Part shown: piece by piece, positions 21,043 to 31,266 of the stretch | How positions within the stretch are numbered: the first letter of the stretch is position 1 | How the letters are laid out: the number at the start of each line of letters is the position of its first letter | Assembly: GCA_003554865.1 (NCBI GenBank) | Contig: PWHJ01000221.1 | Coordinates: 6,594 to 70,593, forward strand | Direction of reading: 5' to 3' | Length of the DNA: 64,000 nucleotides | DNA from: Bacteroidota bacterium | GTDB taxonomy: Bacteria > Bacteroidota > Bacteroidia > Bacteroidales > PUMT01 | Notes under the pieces: model-generated | Told to the model about the DNA's origin: nothing | What the model saw: the letters and a program-made list of their open reading frames with translations, nothing else | Databases searched by the model: none | Position numbers and translations under genes: made by a program

Positions 21043-21264
21043 TCAATACTCATCCTCATTAAAAAAGAAATCATCCTTGCTCGGATAATCTGGCCATATA
21101 TCCTCTATACTTTCATATACCTCCCCTTCATCTTCAATTTCCTGAAGATTTTCAATCACTTCAAGCGGTGCTCCCGAACGCATTGCATAGTCGATCAGCT
21201 CATCTTTTGTAGCCGGCCAGGGAGCGTCTTCAAGTTTCGAAGCCAATTCTAAGGTCCAATACAT
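21043..21264 (-). CDS. DUF2795-like small protein
   Basis: MYWTLELASKLEDAPWPATKDELIDYAMRSGAPLEVIENLQEIEDE fits the DUF2795 pattern. ATG at 21264 is preferred to TTG at 21276. Confidence 0.65.
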   Translation of the reverse strand: MYWTLELASKLEDAPWPATKDELIDYAMRSGAPLEVIENLQEIEDEGEVYESIEDIWPDYPSKDDFFFNEDEY

Positions 21265-21476
21265 AGCTCTAAACAATTAATTTACTCACTTAAAAGTTGC
21301 ACAAACTTAATAAAAACAAATTACACTTTGCCAAAAACAATAGCAAAGTGATTAACAGGGTAAATCAGGAAATTTTTTCAGATCCACCCAAAGTTGTAAA
21401 GGTGTAACGTTAACCTCTCTCATTTTTGGTATACAAAGAAGATGAAATTTTTCCCAACAACGTCATTTATAACACT

Positions 21477-21497
21477 ATTCCGGAGCCTACCCGGAAT
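21477..21497 (-). terminator. 7-bp hairpin ATTCCGG-agcctac-CCGGAAT downstream of the ABC ATPase gene
   Basis: Perfect inverted repeat 32 nt past the stop at 21529. There is no clean U-tract, so terminator function is uncertain. Confidence 0.3.
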
Positions 21498-21528
21498 AAT
21501 CGTTATGGATAACGCAACACAGGCTGAT

Positions 21529-22257
21529 TTAATTGTCATCAACAACAACCGGTTCCCTTTTTAAAGGATTGGGATTTATCTTGTCGGATTCGACCTCCCC
21601 GTCACGCAGCCTTACAATGCGATGGGCACGCTGCGCAATATCGGGTTCATGGGTTACCAGTATAATGGTATTTCCCGCTTCATGTATGTCGGTAAAAAGG
21701 TTCATAATGTCAACCGATGTTTTGGAGTCAAGATTTCCGGTTGGCTCATCTGCAAGGATTATTGACGGACTGTTAACCATGGCTCGTGCAACGGCAACAC
21801 GCTGACGCTCCCCGCCTGATAATTCATTGGGATTATGCATTATCCTCCCTGCAAGGCCAACCTTGTCAAGCATCTCTTTTGCTGAGTCAATGCGCTCATT
21901 TTTGGGTTTTCCCGCATAGATCATAGGTAACATAACATTCTCTAGGGCATTGTAACGGGGCAAAAGGTTAAACGTCTGAAAAACAAATCCGATCTCCTTG
22001 TTCCTTATCTCGGCAAGCTGTGAATCCTCAAGCTGGCTCACATCAGTGTTATTAAGCACATAACGACCGCTGTTTGGGGTGTCAAGACAACCTATAACAT
22101 TCATAAGTGTTGATTTTCCTGAACCGGAAGCTCCCATTATGGCAACGTACTCATTTTTTTTAATCTCAAGACTGACCGAACGCAGAGCCCTTACGACAAC
22201 ATCCGAGCCAAGCTGATAATTTTTTACAATGTCTGTTAACTGAATAATGGTTCTCAT
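21529..22257 (-). CDS. ABC transporter ATP-binding protein, MacB/LolD-type
   Basis: Walker [10 protein letters not shown], signature [14 protein letters not shown], Walker [13 protein letters not shown]-loop VTHE. Confidence 0.9.
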   Translation of the reverse strand: MRTIIQLTDIVKNYQLGSDVVVRALRSVSLEIKKNEYVAIMGASGSGKSTLMNVIGCLDTPNSGRYVLNNTDVSQLEDSQLAEIRNKEIGFVFQTFNLLPRYNALENVMLPMIYAGKPKNERIDSAKEMLDKVGLAGRIMHNPNELSGGERQRVAVARAMVNSPSIILADEPTGNLDSKTSVDIMNLFTDIHEAGNTIILVTHEPDIAQRAHRIVRLRDGEVESDKINPNPLKREPVVVDDN

Positions 22258-22351
22258 TTGGATGTTTTAATTTAATACTTTTTACTATTGACCTTGAAAT
22301 CTCGAATTTAATTTTTTTAAACCTTAAACCGAAATAGTTTATTGTATATTT

Positions 22352-23188
22352 TTAAAAATTTAACACAAATCTTTGCCTTGACAGTTCTTTCCTGAAAAAA
22401 ACCAGTCCCATCCGGAAAATATCAACAGTTACCCTAACAGAAGGATCTGCTGAAATTTCTTCCCAGGCCTTCTCCATATCATCAGACCAATGAATATCAT
22501 CAAAAACAAAAATACTTTCAAAAGTGGATCTTTTTAAACACTCTCTGAACTGCCAAAGAACGGAATCTTTACTGTGAGATCCGTCAAAAAAAACAAAATC
22601 AACCCTCCCGAGCGAATCCAGCAGCCCGGGCAAAGTATCTTCAAATGTCCCCTCTATTAATCTTATATTGTCAAAACCGCCGTTTCTGAAATTCTTAAAT
22701 GCCAGACTGCACTGCTCAGAACAACCCTCAATTGTATAAACAGTGCCATCTTTTGATGCTGCTGCCATATACATGGCCCCTATCCCCAGAGATGTTCCTG
22801 TTTCAATTATGTTTTTGCACCCAAAGTAACGAACCAGCCTGTAAAGTAGTCTTCCTTCAGCCAGCCGGCAGGATGAATGCCTGACCATCTGTTTTACCTT
22901 CCTTTTACCCGTCGGGAAAAAAAGCGATCCAGCCCCCAGATCACTCACGTTGAGGGTTTCACCGGATAAAACAAGACTCTCTCGTATATTTTCAACTCTG
23001 TCATAATCAGCATAGTGTAACCCGTCACGGAAAACTTTATCTATAAGCTCATATACAAAAGGAGAATGCACACCGTACCCCCTTTTGCTTCGCGCTTTTG
23101 ATTTATAGACCAAAAATCTGAGGAAAAGTTTAAATTTACACCTTAAAAGAAAAATAAGACGCAAAAAGATTGACAGGCTTTTGCTCAT
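22352..23188 (-). CDS. Class I SAM-dependent methyltransferase
   Basis: Motif I IIETGTSLGIGAMYMA, downstream acidic/aromatic motifs (VFFDGSH, VFDDIHW). The exact start is uncertain. Confidence 0.7.
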   Translation of the reverse strand: MSKSLSIFLRLIFLLRCKFKLFLRFLVYKSKARSKRGYGVHSPFVYELIDKVFRDGLHYADYDRVENIRESLVLSGETLNVSDLGAGSLFFPTGKRKVKQMVRHSSCRLAEGRLLYRLVRYFGCKNIIETGTSLGIGAMYMAAASKDGTVYTIEGCSEQCSLAFKNFRNGGFDNIRLIEGTFEDTLPGLLDSLGRVDFVFFDGSHSKDSVLWQFRECLKRSTFESIFVFDDIHWSDDMEKAWEEISADPSVRVTVDIFRMGLVFFRKELSRQRFVLNF

Positions 23189-23382
23189 AAAAAAATCATT
23201 TAATTCAGCAAAAAATGAAATTGACCCCGTCCAGGCCTGAACTATTTATTTATCCGTAAAGGGCACACAATCGGATTGCATTAATTTTTGAGCATGTGAA
23301 TATAACTTTTTTTATAACAATGTTTTTTTTCGGACTTGTTTTAATGTAAACGTTATACTATTTTTTACGGCAAAACGGCAAA

Positions 23383-25488
23383 ATGGCGGATATTTTAGAT
23401 ACCGATATCAAATTTCTTAGCGGTGTGGGGGCGAAAAGAGCTGAACTGTTAAACAAGGAGTTGTCCATATACACTTTTGAGGATCTGCTCTTTTTTTTCC
23501 CCTTCAAACATGTTGACCGCACCAGGTTTTATTCCATCCGGGAAATAACAGCCGAGCTTCCATATATTCAGGTTGTGGGACAAATAACCGGCATTGAAGC
23601 TGCAGGGAAGGGTAACAAAAAAAGACTTGTCGCTTACATCAGCGACGGGACAGGCATTATGGAACTTGTGTGGTTTAAGGGACTGACCTGGATAACACGG
23701 CGGGTTAAACCGGGGAAGAAATTTATCGTTTATGGAAAACCATCGATTTTCGGAGGAAAAATTAACCTTGTACATCCCGAGCTGGAAGAGCCCGAGAAAA
23801 AGGAATCAACTCTGAGGGGAACACTGCAGTCATTTTATACCACCACAGAAAAACTTAAAAACAACTTTGTCACTTCCCGGGTTATCCATAAACTGGCAGG
23901 CAACCTGTTGCAAAATGTATACGGGAAAATACCCGAAACTCTTCCTGAGTATATCGTAAAAGAATGCAACCTGATCTCCCTGAATGACGCTTTGCTTAAC
24001 ATACATTTTCCCCAAAGCCAGGAATTGCTAAAAAAAGCCTCTTTCAGACTGAAATTTGAGGAGCTTTTCTACATACAGCTGAACATACTGAAACAAAAAG
24101 CCAACAGAAACACTACGGTTGAAGGTTTTGCCTTTTCAAAAGTAGGTGATCTGGTGAACCAGTTCTATAAAAATCACCTGCCTTTTGAGCTGACCGGGGC
24201 ACAAAAAAGAGTTTTACGGGAGATAAGGCACGATTTGGGCTCCGGCAAGCAAATGAACCGCCTGCTGCAGGGTGATGTAGGCAGCGGCAAAACACTCGTG
24301 GCTATAATGTCTATACTTATTGCCCTTGACAACGGTTACCAGGGATGCCTGATGGCACCCACAGAAATACTTGCAGGTCAACATTTCAATACCCTGAAAA
24401 AGATACTGGGCAATATGCCGGTAACAATAGAGTTGCTCACAGGCTCAACCAAAAACTCTCACCGTAAAGAAATACATGAAAATCTTATTTCGGGAAAGCT
24501 GCAGATACTGGTTGGCACTCATGCTCTTATCGAGGAGAGCGTCAGGTTTAACAACCTCGGTCTGGTCGTTATAGACGAACAACACCGGTTTGGAGTGGCT
24601 CAACGGGCAAGAATGTGGAATAAAAATATTAAGCCTCCTCATATACTGGTGATGACAGCAACCCCAATTCCCCGCACTCTTGCAATGACAGTTTACGGTG
24701 ATCTTGAAGTATCCGTTATAGACGAGATGCCGCCCGGGAGAAAGCCTGTCAAAACTGTTCATTATTTCGACACAAAGCGGGAAAGAATGTTCGGCTTCCT
24801 TCGCGAACAGATTAAAAAGGGGCGACAGGTTTATATTGTATATCCACTGATAAAGGAGTCGGAAAAAATGGACTACAAAGACCTGGAGGACGGGTATAAC
24901 AGCATTGTAAGGGCATTCCCCCCGACCGGATATGTTGTCTCGATTGTCCACGGGCAAATGAAACCTGAAGATAAAGAAGCCGGAATGAAACAGTTTGTAA
25001 ACGGTCAGGCGCACATCATGGTTGCTACCACCGTAATTGAAGTAGGAGTAGATGTGCCCAATGCTTCAATTATGGTAATTGAAAGCGCCGAAAGGTTCGG
25101 CCTCTCTCAGCTTCATCAGCTGAGGGGGCGCGTAGGCAGGGGGGCTGAACAATCCTGGTGTATTCTTATGAGCTCATACAAGCTTTCAAAAGAGGCAATT
25201 CAGCGTCTTAAAACACTTGTCAACACCAACGACGGGTTTGAAATTGCCGAGGCTGACCTTAAGCTTCGCGGTCCGGGCGACATAGAAGGAACCATGCAAA
25301 GCGGCTTCCCCTTTGACCTGAAAATATCCCACATTGGCAGGGATAGCAAAATATTGGAATATGCCCGGGAGAAAGTAACGAAAATACTAGACGACGATCC
25401 CCTGCTTGAAGAAACTAAAAATTCCCTTCTTGTAAAAAGACTTAAAGAGTTAACAAAAAAAGAACACGATTGGAGCAAGATAAGCTGA
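23383..25488 (+). CDS. recG: ATP-dependent DNA helicase RecG
   Basis: Wedge/OB N-terminus, GDVGSGKT, DEQHRFG, MTATPIPRT, QLHQLRGRVGRG. Confidence 0.95.
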   Translation: MADILDTDIKFLSGVGAKRAELLNKELSIYTFEDLLFFFPFKHVDRTRFYSIREITAELPYIQVVGQITGIEAAGKGNKKRLVAYISDGTGIMELVWFKGLTWITRRVKPGKKFIVYGKPSIFGGKINLVHPELEEPEKKESTLRGTLQSFYTTTEKLKNNFVTSRVIHKLAGNLLQNVYGKIPETLPEYIVKECNLISLNDALLNIHFPQSQELLKKASFRLKFEELFYIQLNILKQKANRNTTVEGFAFSKVGDLVNQFYKNHLPFELTGAQKRVLREIRHDLGSGKQMNRLLQGDVGSGKTLVAIMSILIALDNGYQGCLMAPTEILAGQHFNTLKKILGNMPVTIELLTGSTKNSHRKEIHENLISGKLQILVGTHALIEESVRFNNLGLVVIDEQHRFGVAQRARMWNKNIKPPHILVMTATPIPRTLAMTVYGDLEVSVIDEMPPGRKPVKTVHYFDTKRERMFGFLREQIKKGRQVYIVYPLIKESEKMDYKDLEDGYNSIVRAFPPTGYVVSIVHGQMKPEDKEAGMKQFVNGQAHIMVATTVIEVGVDVPNASIMVIESAERFGLSQLHQLRGRVGRGAEQSWCILMSSYKLSKEAIQRLKTLVNTNDGFEIAEADLKLRGPGDIEGTMQSGFPFDLKISHIGRDSKILEYAREKVTKILDDDPLLEETKNSLLVKRLKELTKKEHDWSKIS

Positions 25489-25627
25489 AAAAACACTATG
25501 TATAATCCAAACTATTATATCAGGTCATATCAGCTTAAGTCAAGATTATTTGTATTCAATATAAATAAAAATTGTTTATATGATTGCAAAATATGACAAA
25601 ACGCAATTTTTAATTACCAAACATAGA

Positions 25628-25635
25628 TAATTTTG
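25628..25635 (+). promoter_or_regulatory. -7 box TAATTTTG upstream of the rseC-like/rnf operon
   Basis: Exact TAnnTTTG match, 39 nt upstream of the ATG at 25674. Confidence 0.4.
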
Positions 25636-25673
25636 TACCTTCTTAATTTCAAACAGACGGCAAATTAAACAGT

Positions 25674-26102
25674 ATGTCTTCACAGGCATCAATTAAGCAC
25701 AAAGGGACAGTCAGGGAAGTGTCGGGTTCCCAGGTCAGGGTCAAAATAGACCCTAAGACTGCCTGCGGTTCATGCCAGGCAAAGTCCTCATGTTCCCTTG
25801 CTGAAATGGAGGAGAAAATAATTGATGTAAAAGAGACGAAAGAGAAATTTTCAGTCGGTGAGGAAGTGGAAGTAACTCTCAGTCAGACTCTGGGTTTTAA
25901 AGCTCTTTTTTACGGTTATATTTTGCCCTTTATTGTGGTAGTTACAGTGCTTATAACACTGATTGCAGTAACAGGCAATGAAGCTCTTTCGGGAATAACT
26001 GCCCTGCTGTTTCTTGTGCCGTATTACGCAACTTTACATTTTTTCCGTGACAAATTGAAAAAAGAATTTTCATTTACTATAAATAAACCGGTAAATAATT
26101 AA
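25674..26102 (+). CDS. RseC/MucC-family (SoxR-reducing-system) membrane protein
   Basis: N-terminal CGSCQAKSSC motif after a beta-rich segment, two C-terminal TM helices. Position directly before rnfB is typical. Confidence 0.7.
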   Translation: MSSQASIKHKGTVREVSGSQVRVKIDPKTACGSCQAKSSCSLAEMEEKIIDVKETKEKFSVGEEVEVTLSQTLGFKALFYGYILPFIVVVTVLITLIAVTGNEALSGITALLFLVPYYATLHFFRDKLKKEFSFTINKPVNN

Positions 26103-26105
26103 GCA

Positions 26106-26972
26106 ATGAGCGATGTTGTTGTATATTCTATTGTTTCTCTAAGTGTGTTAGGTACACTTGCAGCCATAATCCTCTACATAATCGCCCAAAAATTCAAGGT
26201 TTATGAGGATCCCCGCATAGATAAAGTCCAGGAAGCCCTTCCGGGGGCAAATTGTGGCGGTTGCGGAATGCCGGGCTGCAGGCCTTTTGCCGAAGAGCTT
26301 GTAAAAGCAGACGATATATCCGAGCTGAACTGCCCTGTTGCTGATAATGAAGCTATGGGGGAAATTGCAAAGATACTGGGGAAGGAGCTAGGAGAAAAAA
26401 CACCTTTGGTTGCCGTAGTAAAGTGCAACGGGAGTCCGGAACACAGACCAAAAACCAGTCATTACGAAGGGGCTTCCGAATGCCGCATTGCAACCGAGCT
26501 TTACAGGGGAGAATCAGACTGTCCGTATGGCTGTCTCGGACTTGGAGAGTGTGAGAGAGCATGCAAATTCGACGCGATCCATATTAACAAAGAAACGGGA
26601 CTGCCGGTTGTGACAGATGAAAAATGCACTGCCTGCAATGCTTGTGTTGTTGCATGCCCGAGGGATATCATAGAACTGCGCAAAAAGAACAAAAAAGACC
26701 GCAAAGTATATGTTTCATGCATTAATGAAGATAAAGGCGGAATAGCCCGCAAAAGTTGCAAGGTGGCATGTATAGGGTGCGGAAAATGTGTTGAGGTATG
26801 CCAGTTCGATGCTATCACCCTTGAAAACAACCTTGCATATATCGATTCTTACAAATGCACGCTGTGCCGGAAATGCCCTCCGGTATGTCCGACAAACGCT
26901 ATATTGGAAGAAAACTTCCCGCCGCGTAAGGAAAAGAAGAAGGCCGGAGATTCAGCGGCAAACAAGAGCTGA
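26106..26972 (+). CDS. rnfB: Rnf complex subunit B (polyferredoxin)
   Basis: N-terminal TM helix, CGGCGMPGCRPFAEELV, and several CxxCxxCxxxCP clusters (CTACNACVVACP, CIGCGKCVEVCQ, CTLCRKCPPVCP). Confidence 0.9.
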   Translation: MSDVVVYSIVSLSVLGTLAAIILYIIAQKFKVYEDPRIDKVQEALPGANCGGCGMPGCRPFAEELVKADDISELNCPVADNEAMGEIAKILGKELGEKTPLVAVVKCNGSPEHRPKTSHYEGASECRIATELYRGESDCPYGCLGLGECERACKFDAIHINKETGLPVVTDEKCTACNACVVACPRDIIELRKKNKKDRKVYVSCINEDKGGIARKSCKVACIGCGKCVEVCQFDAITLENNLAYIDSYKCTLCRKCPPVCPTNAILEENFPPRKEKKKAGDSAANKS

Positions 26973-27023
26973 CAATGAAGAAAAAATTAAACTTTCTGAA
27001 AAACAAAAAGTAGGAGGTTAAAA

Positions 27024-28355
27024 GTGTTAAAAACATTTCCAAAAGGAGGCGTTCACCCGGCGGAGAACAAAGTTACCGCCAGCAAGCCTATAGAGACTCT
27101 TCCCGTGCCCAAGACCGTTAGCATTCCTGTTGCTCAACATCTTGGTGCACCTTCAACTCCCGAGGTAAAAAAAGGAGATACGGTAAAAGCCGGTCAGCTT
27201 ATAGCCAAAAGCAGCGCTTTTGTATCGACCAACATACATTCATCGGTCTCTGGGAAAGTGCTGAAGGTAGATAAAGTAACCGATACTTCCGGCTACAGGC
27301 AAACCGCAGTTGTAATCCAGGTTGAAGGTGATGAATGGGACGAAAGCATAGACACCGGGAAGGAACTTAAAAAAGATACAGGTCTTACCGGGGAAGAGAT
27401 AAGAAACAAAACCCTTGAAGCAGGAATTGTGGGACTTGGCGGAGCCACGTTCCCCTCCCACATCAAATTGTCCGTTCCCAAAGGCAAAAAGGCGGAAGTT
27501 CTAATAATAAACGGCGCTGAATGCGAGCCATATCTGACGGCTGACCACCGGCTTATGCTTGAAAAAGGAGAAGAGCTGATGGTGGGAATCAGGCTGCTTA
27601 TGAAAGCTCTAGATGTGGAAAAGGCGATGATAGGCATAGAAAATAACAAGCCTGATGCCATTGAACATCTCTCCTCTCTCGCCGGTAAATACAAAGGTGT
27701 TTCTGTGCACCCCCTGAAGGTGATGTACCCGCAGGGCGCCGAAAAACAACTTATAAAAGCATTGATAAACAGGGAAGTGCCTTCCGGCGGACTGCCAATC
27801 GATGTCGGCACCGTTGTGCATAACGTGGGAACGGCCGTAGCTGTCTACGAAGCGGTACAAAAAAACAAGCCCCTCATTGAACGGGTTGTTACCGTTAGCG
27901 GCGAATCATTGAAAAATCCGGGCAATTTTATGGTGCGTATAGGTACTCCTGTCTCAGAGCTTATTGAGGCGGCAGGCGGACTGCCCGATGACACAGGCAA
28001 GATTATAAGCGGCGGCCCCATGATGGGAAAAGCGCTCAATTCACTTGAAGTACCTATAGCAAAAGGTACATCGGGCATACTTGTCTTTCCCGAAAACAAG
28101 GCAAAAAGGGACAAACCGCAAAATTGTATTCGCTGTGCGAAGTGTGTCAGCATTTGCCCGATGGGACTCGAGCCTTACCTTCTAAGATCAGCAAGCGAGA
28201 GGGAAATGTGGGAAATGGTTGAGAACGAGAGGGTGATGGACTGTATGGAGTGCGGCTCATGCAGCTATATATGTCCTTCCCGCCTACCCCTGCTTGATTA
28301 CATCCGGCTTGGAAAATCAACCGTAAGTAAAATCATCAGATCAAGAAAACAATAA
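27024..28355 (+). CDS. rnfC: Rnf complex subunit C
   Basis: GTG start. GLGGATFP, SGGPMMG, CIRCAKCVSICP and CMECGSCSYICP. Confidence 0.9.
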   Translation: MLKTFPKGGVHPAENKVTASKPIETLPVPKTVSIPVAQHLGAPSTPEVKKGDTVKAGQLIAKSSAFVSTNIHSSVSGKVLKVDKVTDTSGYRQTAVVIQVEGDEWDESIDTGKELKKDTGLTGEEIRNKTLEAGIVGLGGATFPSHIKLSVPKGKKAEVLIINGAECEPYLTADHRLMLEKGEELMVGIRLLMKALDVEKAMIGIENNKPDAIEHLSSLAGKYKGVSVHPLKVMYPQGAEKQLIKALINREVPSGGLPIDVGTVVHNVGTAVAVYEAVQKNKPLIERVVTVSGESLKNPGNFMVRIGTPVSELIEAAGGLPDDTGKIISGGPMMGKALNSLEVPIAKGTSGILVFPENKAKRDKPQNCIRCAKCVSICPMGLEPYLLRSASEREMWEMVENERVMDCMECGSCSYICPSRLPLLDYIRLGKSTVSKIIRSRKQ

Positions 28356-28358
28356 ATA

Positions 28359-29360
28359 ATGAGCAAACTACTAACAGTATCTCCGTCACCCCACACATTC
28401 GGAGGTGACAATGTAAAAAAGCTAATGTACGGGGTGATCCTTGCACTCCTCCCTGCCCTGGCAGTATCGGTTTATTTTTTCGGAATCGGAGCACTTGTAG
28501 TAACTGCCGTATCTATCATCTCGTGTATAGGGTTCGAATACCTTATACAGAAATTCCTGATGAAAACCGAACCAACAATATCCGATGGATCCGCGGCGGT
28601 AACCGGACTGCTTCTGGCCTTTAACCTGCCGTCCAACCTGCCTGTGTGGATTATTATTATAGGTGCACTTGTATCTATTGGTGTCGGGAAGATGTCGTTC
28701 GGGGGACTCGGCAATAACCCTTTCAATCCTGCACTCGTGGGAAGGGTTTTTATGCTTATTTCATTTCCGGTTCAAATGACAAGCTGGCCTGAGCCGGTAG
28801 CAGCAAGAACACAGTATACCGACGCGGTTACCGGAGCAACCCCGCTTGATGTAATGAAAGAAGGAATCGCTGACGGAGTACCCGTTTCGCAACTTATGGG
28901 TGAAGTTCCGGGTTATCTCGATCTTTTCATTGGACGAATGGGCGGTTGTATTGGTGAGATTTCTGCTGCAGCTCTAATACTGGGGGGAATTTACCTGCTT
29001 GTACGCAAAATAATTTCATGGCATATTCCCGTTTCAATTATTGCCACAATAGCAGTGTTTACCGGCATATTGTGGGGCGCTAACCCAGAAGCGAACGCCG
29101 ATCCTGTATTCCATATTCTTACAGGAGGAATTTTGCTTGGTGCTATTTTCATGGCAACCGACTATGCTACCTCCCCAATGACCGCAAAAGGGATGTGGAT
29201 ATACGGAGTCGGAATAGGCATTATTACAGTAACTATAAGGGTATGGGGTGCCTACCCCGAGGGAATGTCCTTTGCTATACTGATAATGAATGCGTTTGTG
29301 CCTGTTATTAACAAGTATGTCAAACCAAAGAGATTTGGAGAGGAGATAAAAAATGGCTAA
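28359..29360 (+). CDS. rnfD: Rnf complex subunit D
   Basis: NqrB/RnfD-type polytopic membrane protein, FMN attachment context DAVTGATPLD, FMATDYATSP. Confidence 0.9.
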   Translation: MSKLLTVSPSPHTFGGDNVKKLMYGVILALLPALAVSVYFFGIGALVVTAVSIISCIGFEYLIQKFLMKTEPTISDGSAAVTGLLLAFNLPSNLPVWIIIIGALVSIGVGKMSFGGLGNNPFNPALVGRVFMLISFPVQMTSWPEPVAARTQYTDAVTGATPLDVMKEGIADGVPVSQLMGEVPGYLDLFIGRMGGCIGEISAAALILGGIYLLVRKIISWHIPVSIIATIAVFTGILWGANPEANADPVFHILTGGILLGAIFMATDYATSPMTAKGMWIYGVGIGIITVTIRVWGAYPEGMSFAILIMNAFVPVINKYVKPKRFGEEIKNG

Positions 29361-29934
29361 GAAAGAATCAAACTTCAAAAACATGGTGCTCACACTTTTT
29401 ATTGTGACCCTTGTTGCATCCACCTCACTTGCAGTTGTTTATGAGGTGACAAAAGAGCCGATAAGACTCGCGGCAATCGAGAGAAAAAACAATGCAATCA
29501 GAGAGGTGGTGCCTGATTTCGACAACCAGCCCAATGAGGAAGAGTATACCGTAGAGGTAAACGGTGAGGAGCTAGTTTTTTATCCTGCAAAGATGGGCGA
29601 CGAGCTGGTGGGAGTTGCAATTGAAACATTCACCCGCCAAGGTTACAGCGGAACAATAGAGCTGATGGTGGGGCTGCTGCCCGACGGCACAATCCACGGA
29701 ATTGAAGTACTAAGGCATGCGGAGACACCCGGACTGGGTGACAAGATAGAAACCGACAAATCGGATTTTTACAAGCAGTTTGTGGGACGAAACCCGGCCG
29801 ACTTCAATATGAAGGTCAGACAAGACAACGGTGATATTGACGCGATAACAGCTTCTACAATCACTTCAAGAGCTTACTGCGAAGCGGTACAGTTAGCATA
29901 CGATGTTTTCATTGAAAAAAAAGATAAAAAATGA
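29353..29934 (+). CDS. rnfG: Rnf complex subunit G
   Basis: Single TM helix plus FMN-binding domain with DAITASTITSRA. Overlaps rnfD by 8 nt and rnfE by 4 nt. Confidence 0.9.
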   Translation: MAKKESNFKNMVLTLFIVTLVASTSLAVVYEVTKEPIRLAAIERKNNAIREVVPDFDNQPNEEEYTVEVNGEELVFYPAKMGDELVGVAIETFTRQGYSGTIELMVGLLPDGTIHGIEVLRHAETPGLGDKIETDKSDFYKQFVGRNPADFNMKVRQDNGDIDAITASTITSRAYCEAVQLAYDVFIEKKDKK

Positions 29935-30512
29935 ACCAGGCAAGAAACTTCACAAAAGGATTCGTACGCGATAACCCTGTGTTTACAATGATGCTGGGAT
30001 TATGTCCCGCCCTCGGCACCACCACTTCCGCCTTTAACGGTTTTGGTATGGGTATGGCAACACTTTTCGTCGTACTAATGTCAAATATAGTTGTAGCAAT
30101 CTTCAAGGATTTTATTCCCAACAAAGTGCGTATTCCTTCATATATAGTAATAATCGCATCCTTTGTTACCATAACAGACCTAGTGATGGAGGCTTTTATG
30201 GGAGCGCTGCATGCCGAACTGGGGCTTTTCATTCCCCTCATTGTTGTTAACTGCTTTGTTCTGGGACGCGCAGAAGCCTTTGCCTCCAAAAACACTCTGT
30301 TTTCTTCGATAGTAGATGGTATCGGGATGGGGCTCGCCTTTACAATGGCCCTTACAATGCTGGGAGCAGCAAGGGAGCTGCTGGGAGCAAATGCCTTATT
30401 TGGAGTGGAACTGGTTGAAGGTGACGGAATGCTTGTTTTTGTTCTTGCACCCGGCGCATTTATTGCTCTTGGATATCTGATCGCATTAATGAACAAATTG
30501 AAAAAAGATTAA
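29931..30512 (+). CDS. rnfE: Rnf complex subunit E
   Basis: NqrD/RnfE-type six-TM protein (NPVFTMMLGLCPALGTTT). Confidence 0.9.
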   Translation: MNQARNFTKGFVRDNPVFTMMLGLCPALGTTTSAFNGFGMGMATLFVVLMSNIVVAIFKDFIPNKVRIPSYIVIIASFVTITDLVMEAFMGALHAELGLFIPLIVVNCFVLGRAEAFASKNTLFSSIVDGIGMGLAFTMALTMLGAARELLGANALFGVELVEGDGMLVFVLAPGAFIALGYLIALMNKLKKD

Positions 30513-30524
30513 TTATAAAAGACT

Positions 30525-31097
30525 ATGGAATACATTGTTATAATTATAGGAGCCGTACTTGTCAACAATATTGTACTTGCCCAGTTCCTGGGACTTTGTC
30601 CGCTGTTCGGTGTTTCAAGCAAGATATCTACAGCAGCCGGTATGGGCGGAGCCGTGCTGTTCGTTATGACAGTTGCATCGATAGTAACTTACCTTCTTTC
30701 CACATTCCTGCTTGAGCCTTTTAACATCATGTACCTGCAGACCATTACATATATCCTGGTAATATCATCGCTTGTGCAAATGGTGGAGATAGTACTAAAA
30801 AAGGTTAGTCCCCCATTGTACCAGGCACTCGGGATTTTCCTGCCGCTTATGACAACCAACTGTGCCATCCTGGGAGTTGCAATACTGGTGTTTCAACAGG
30901 ATCTTACACTGCTGCAGGGTGTGGTTTTTGCAATATCACACTCTATAGGTTTTACACTGGCAATCGTTCTTCTGGCAGGCATCCGCGAACATATGGATTT
31001 GGTGAATATACCTAAAGGAATGAAAGGTAACCCTATTATTATGGTGACGGCCGGTCTGCTTGCACTTGCTTTTATGGGTTTTGCAGGGATAGTTTAA
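30525..31097 (+). CDS. rnfA: Rnf complex subunit A
   Basis: NqrE/RnfA-type six-TM protein (NNIVLAQFLGLCPLFGVS). Confidence 0.9.
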   Translation: MEYIVIIIGAVLVNNIVLAQFLGLCPLFGVSSKISTAAGMGGAVLFVMTVASIVTYLLSTFLLEPFNIMYLQTITYILVISSLVQMVEIVLKKVSPPLYQALGIFLPLMTTNCAILGVAILVFQQDLTLLQGVVFAISHSIGFTLAIVLLAGIREHMDLVNIPKGMKGNPIIMVTAGLLALAFMGFAGIV

Positions 31098-31266
31098 TTT
31101 TTTCGTTCTCAACAAGCATTGCCGACTATAAATACATACTTGCTGATTTTACTTTAAATTGACAGGCAGGGGAAGGCAGGCGAAATAAAGTTGCAATTCA
31201 GGCTGCATTTAACTAACTTGTAAAAGTTTGCAAATAATAGACTTATTGTAACCAAAATTCTCCTTC

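Noticed and set aside
29909-30496. 195-aa minus-strand ORF opposite rnfE
   Set aside because: It is the mirror image of a membrane-protein gene inside a tightly coupled operon. The product is Ser/Ala/Pro-rich without motifs.
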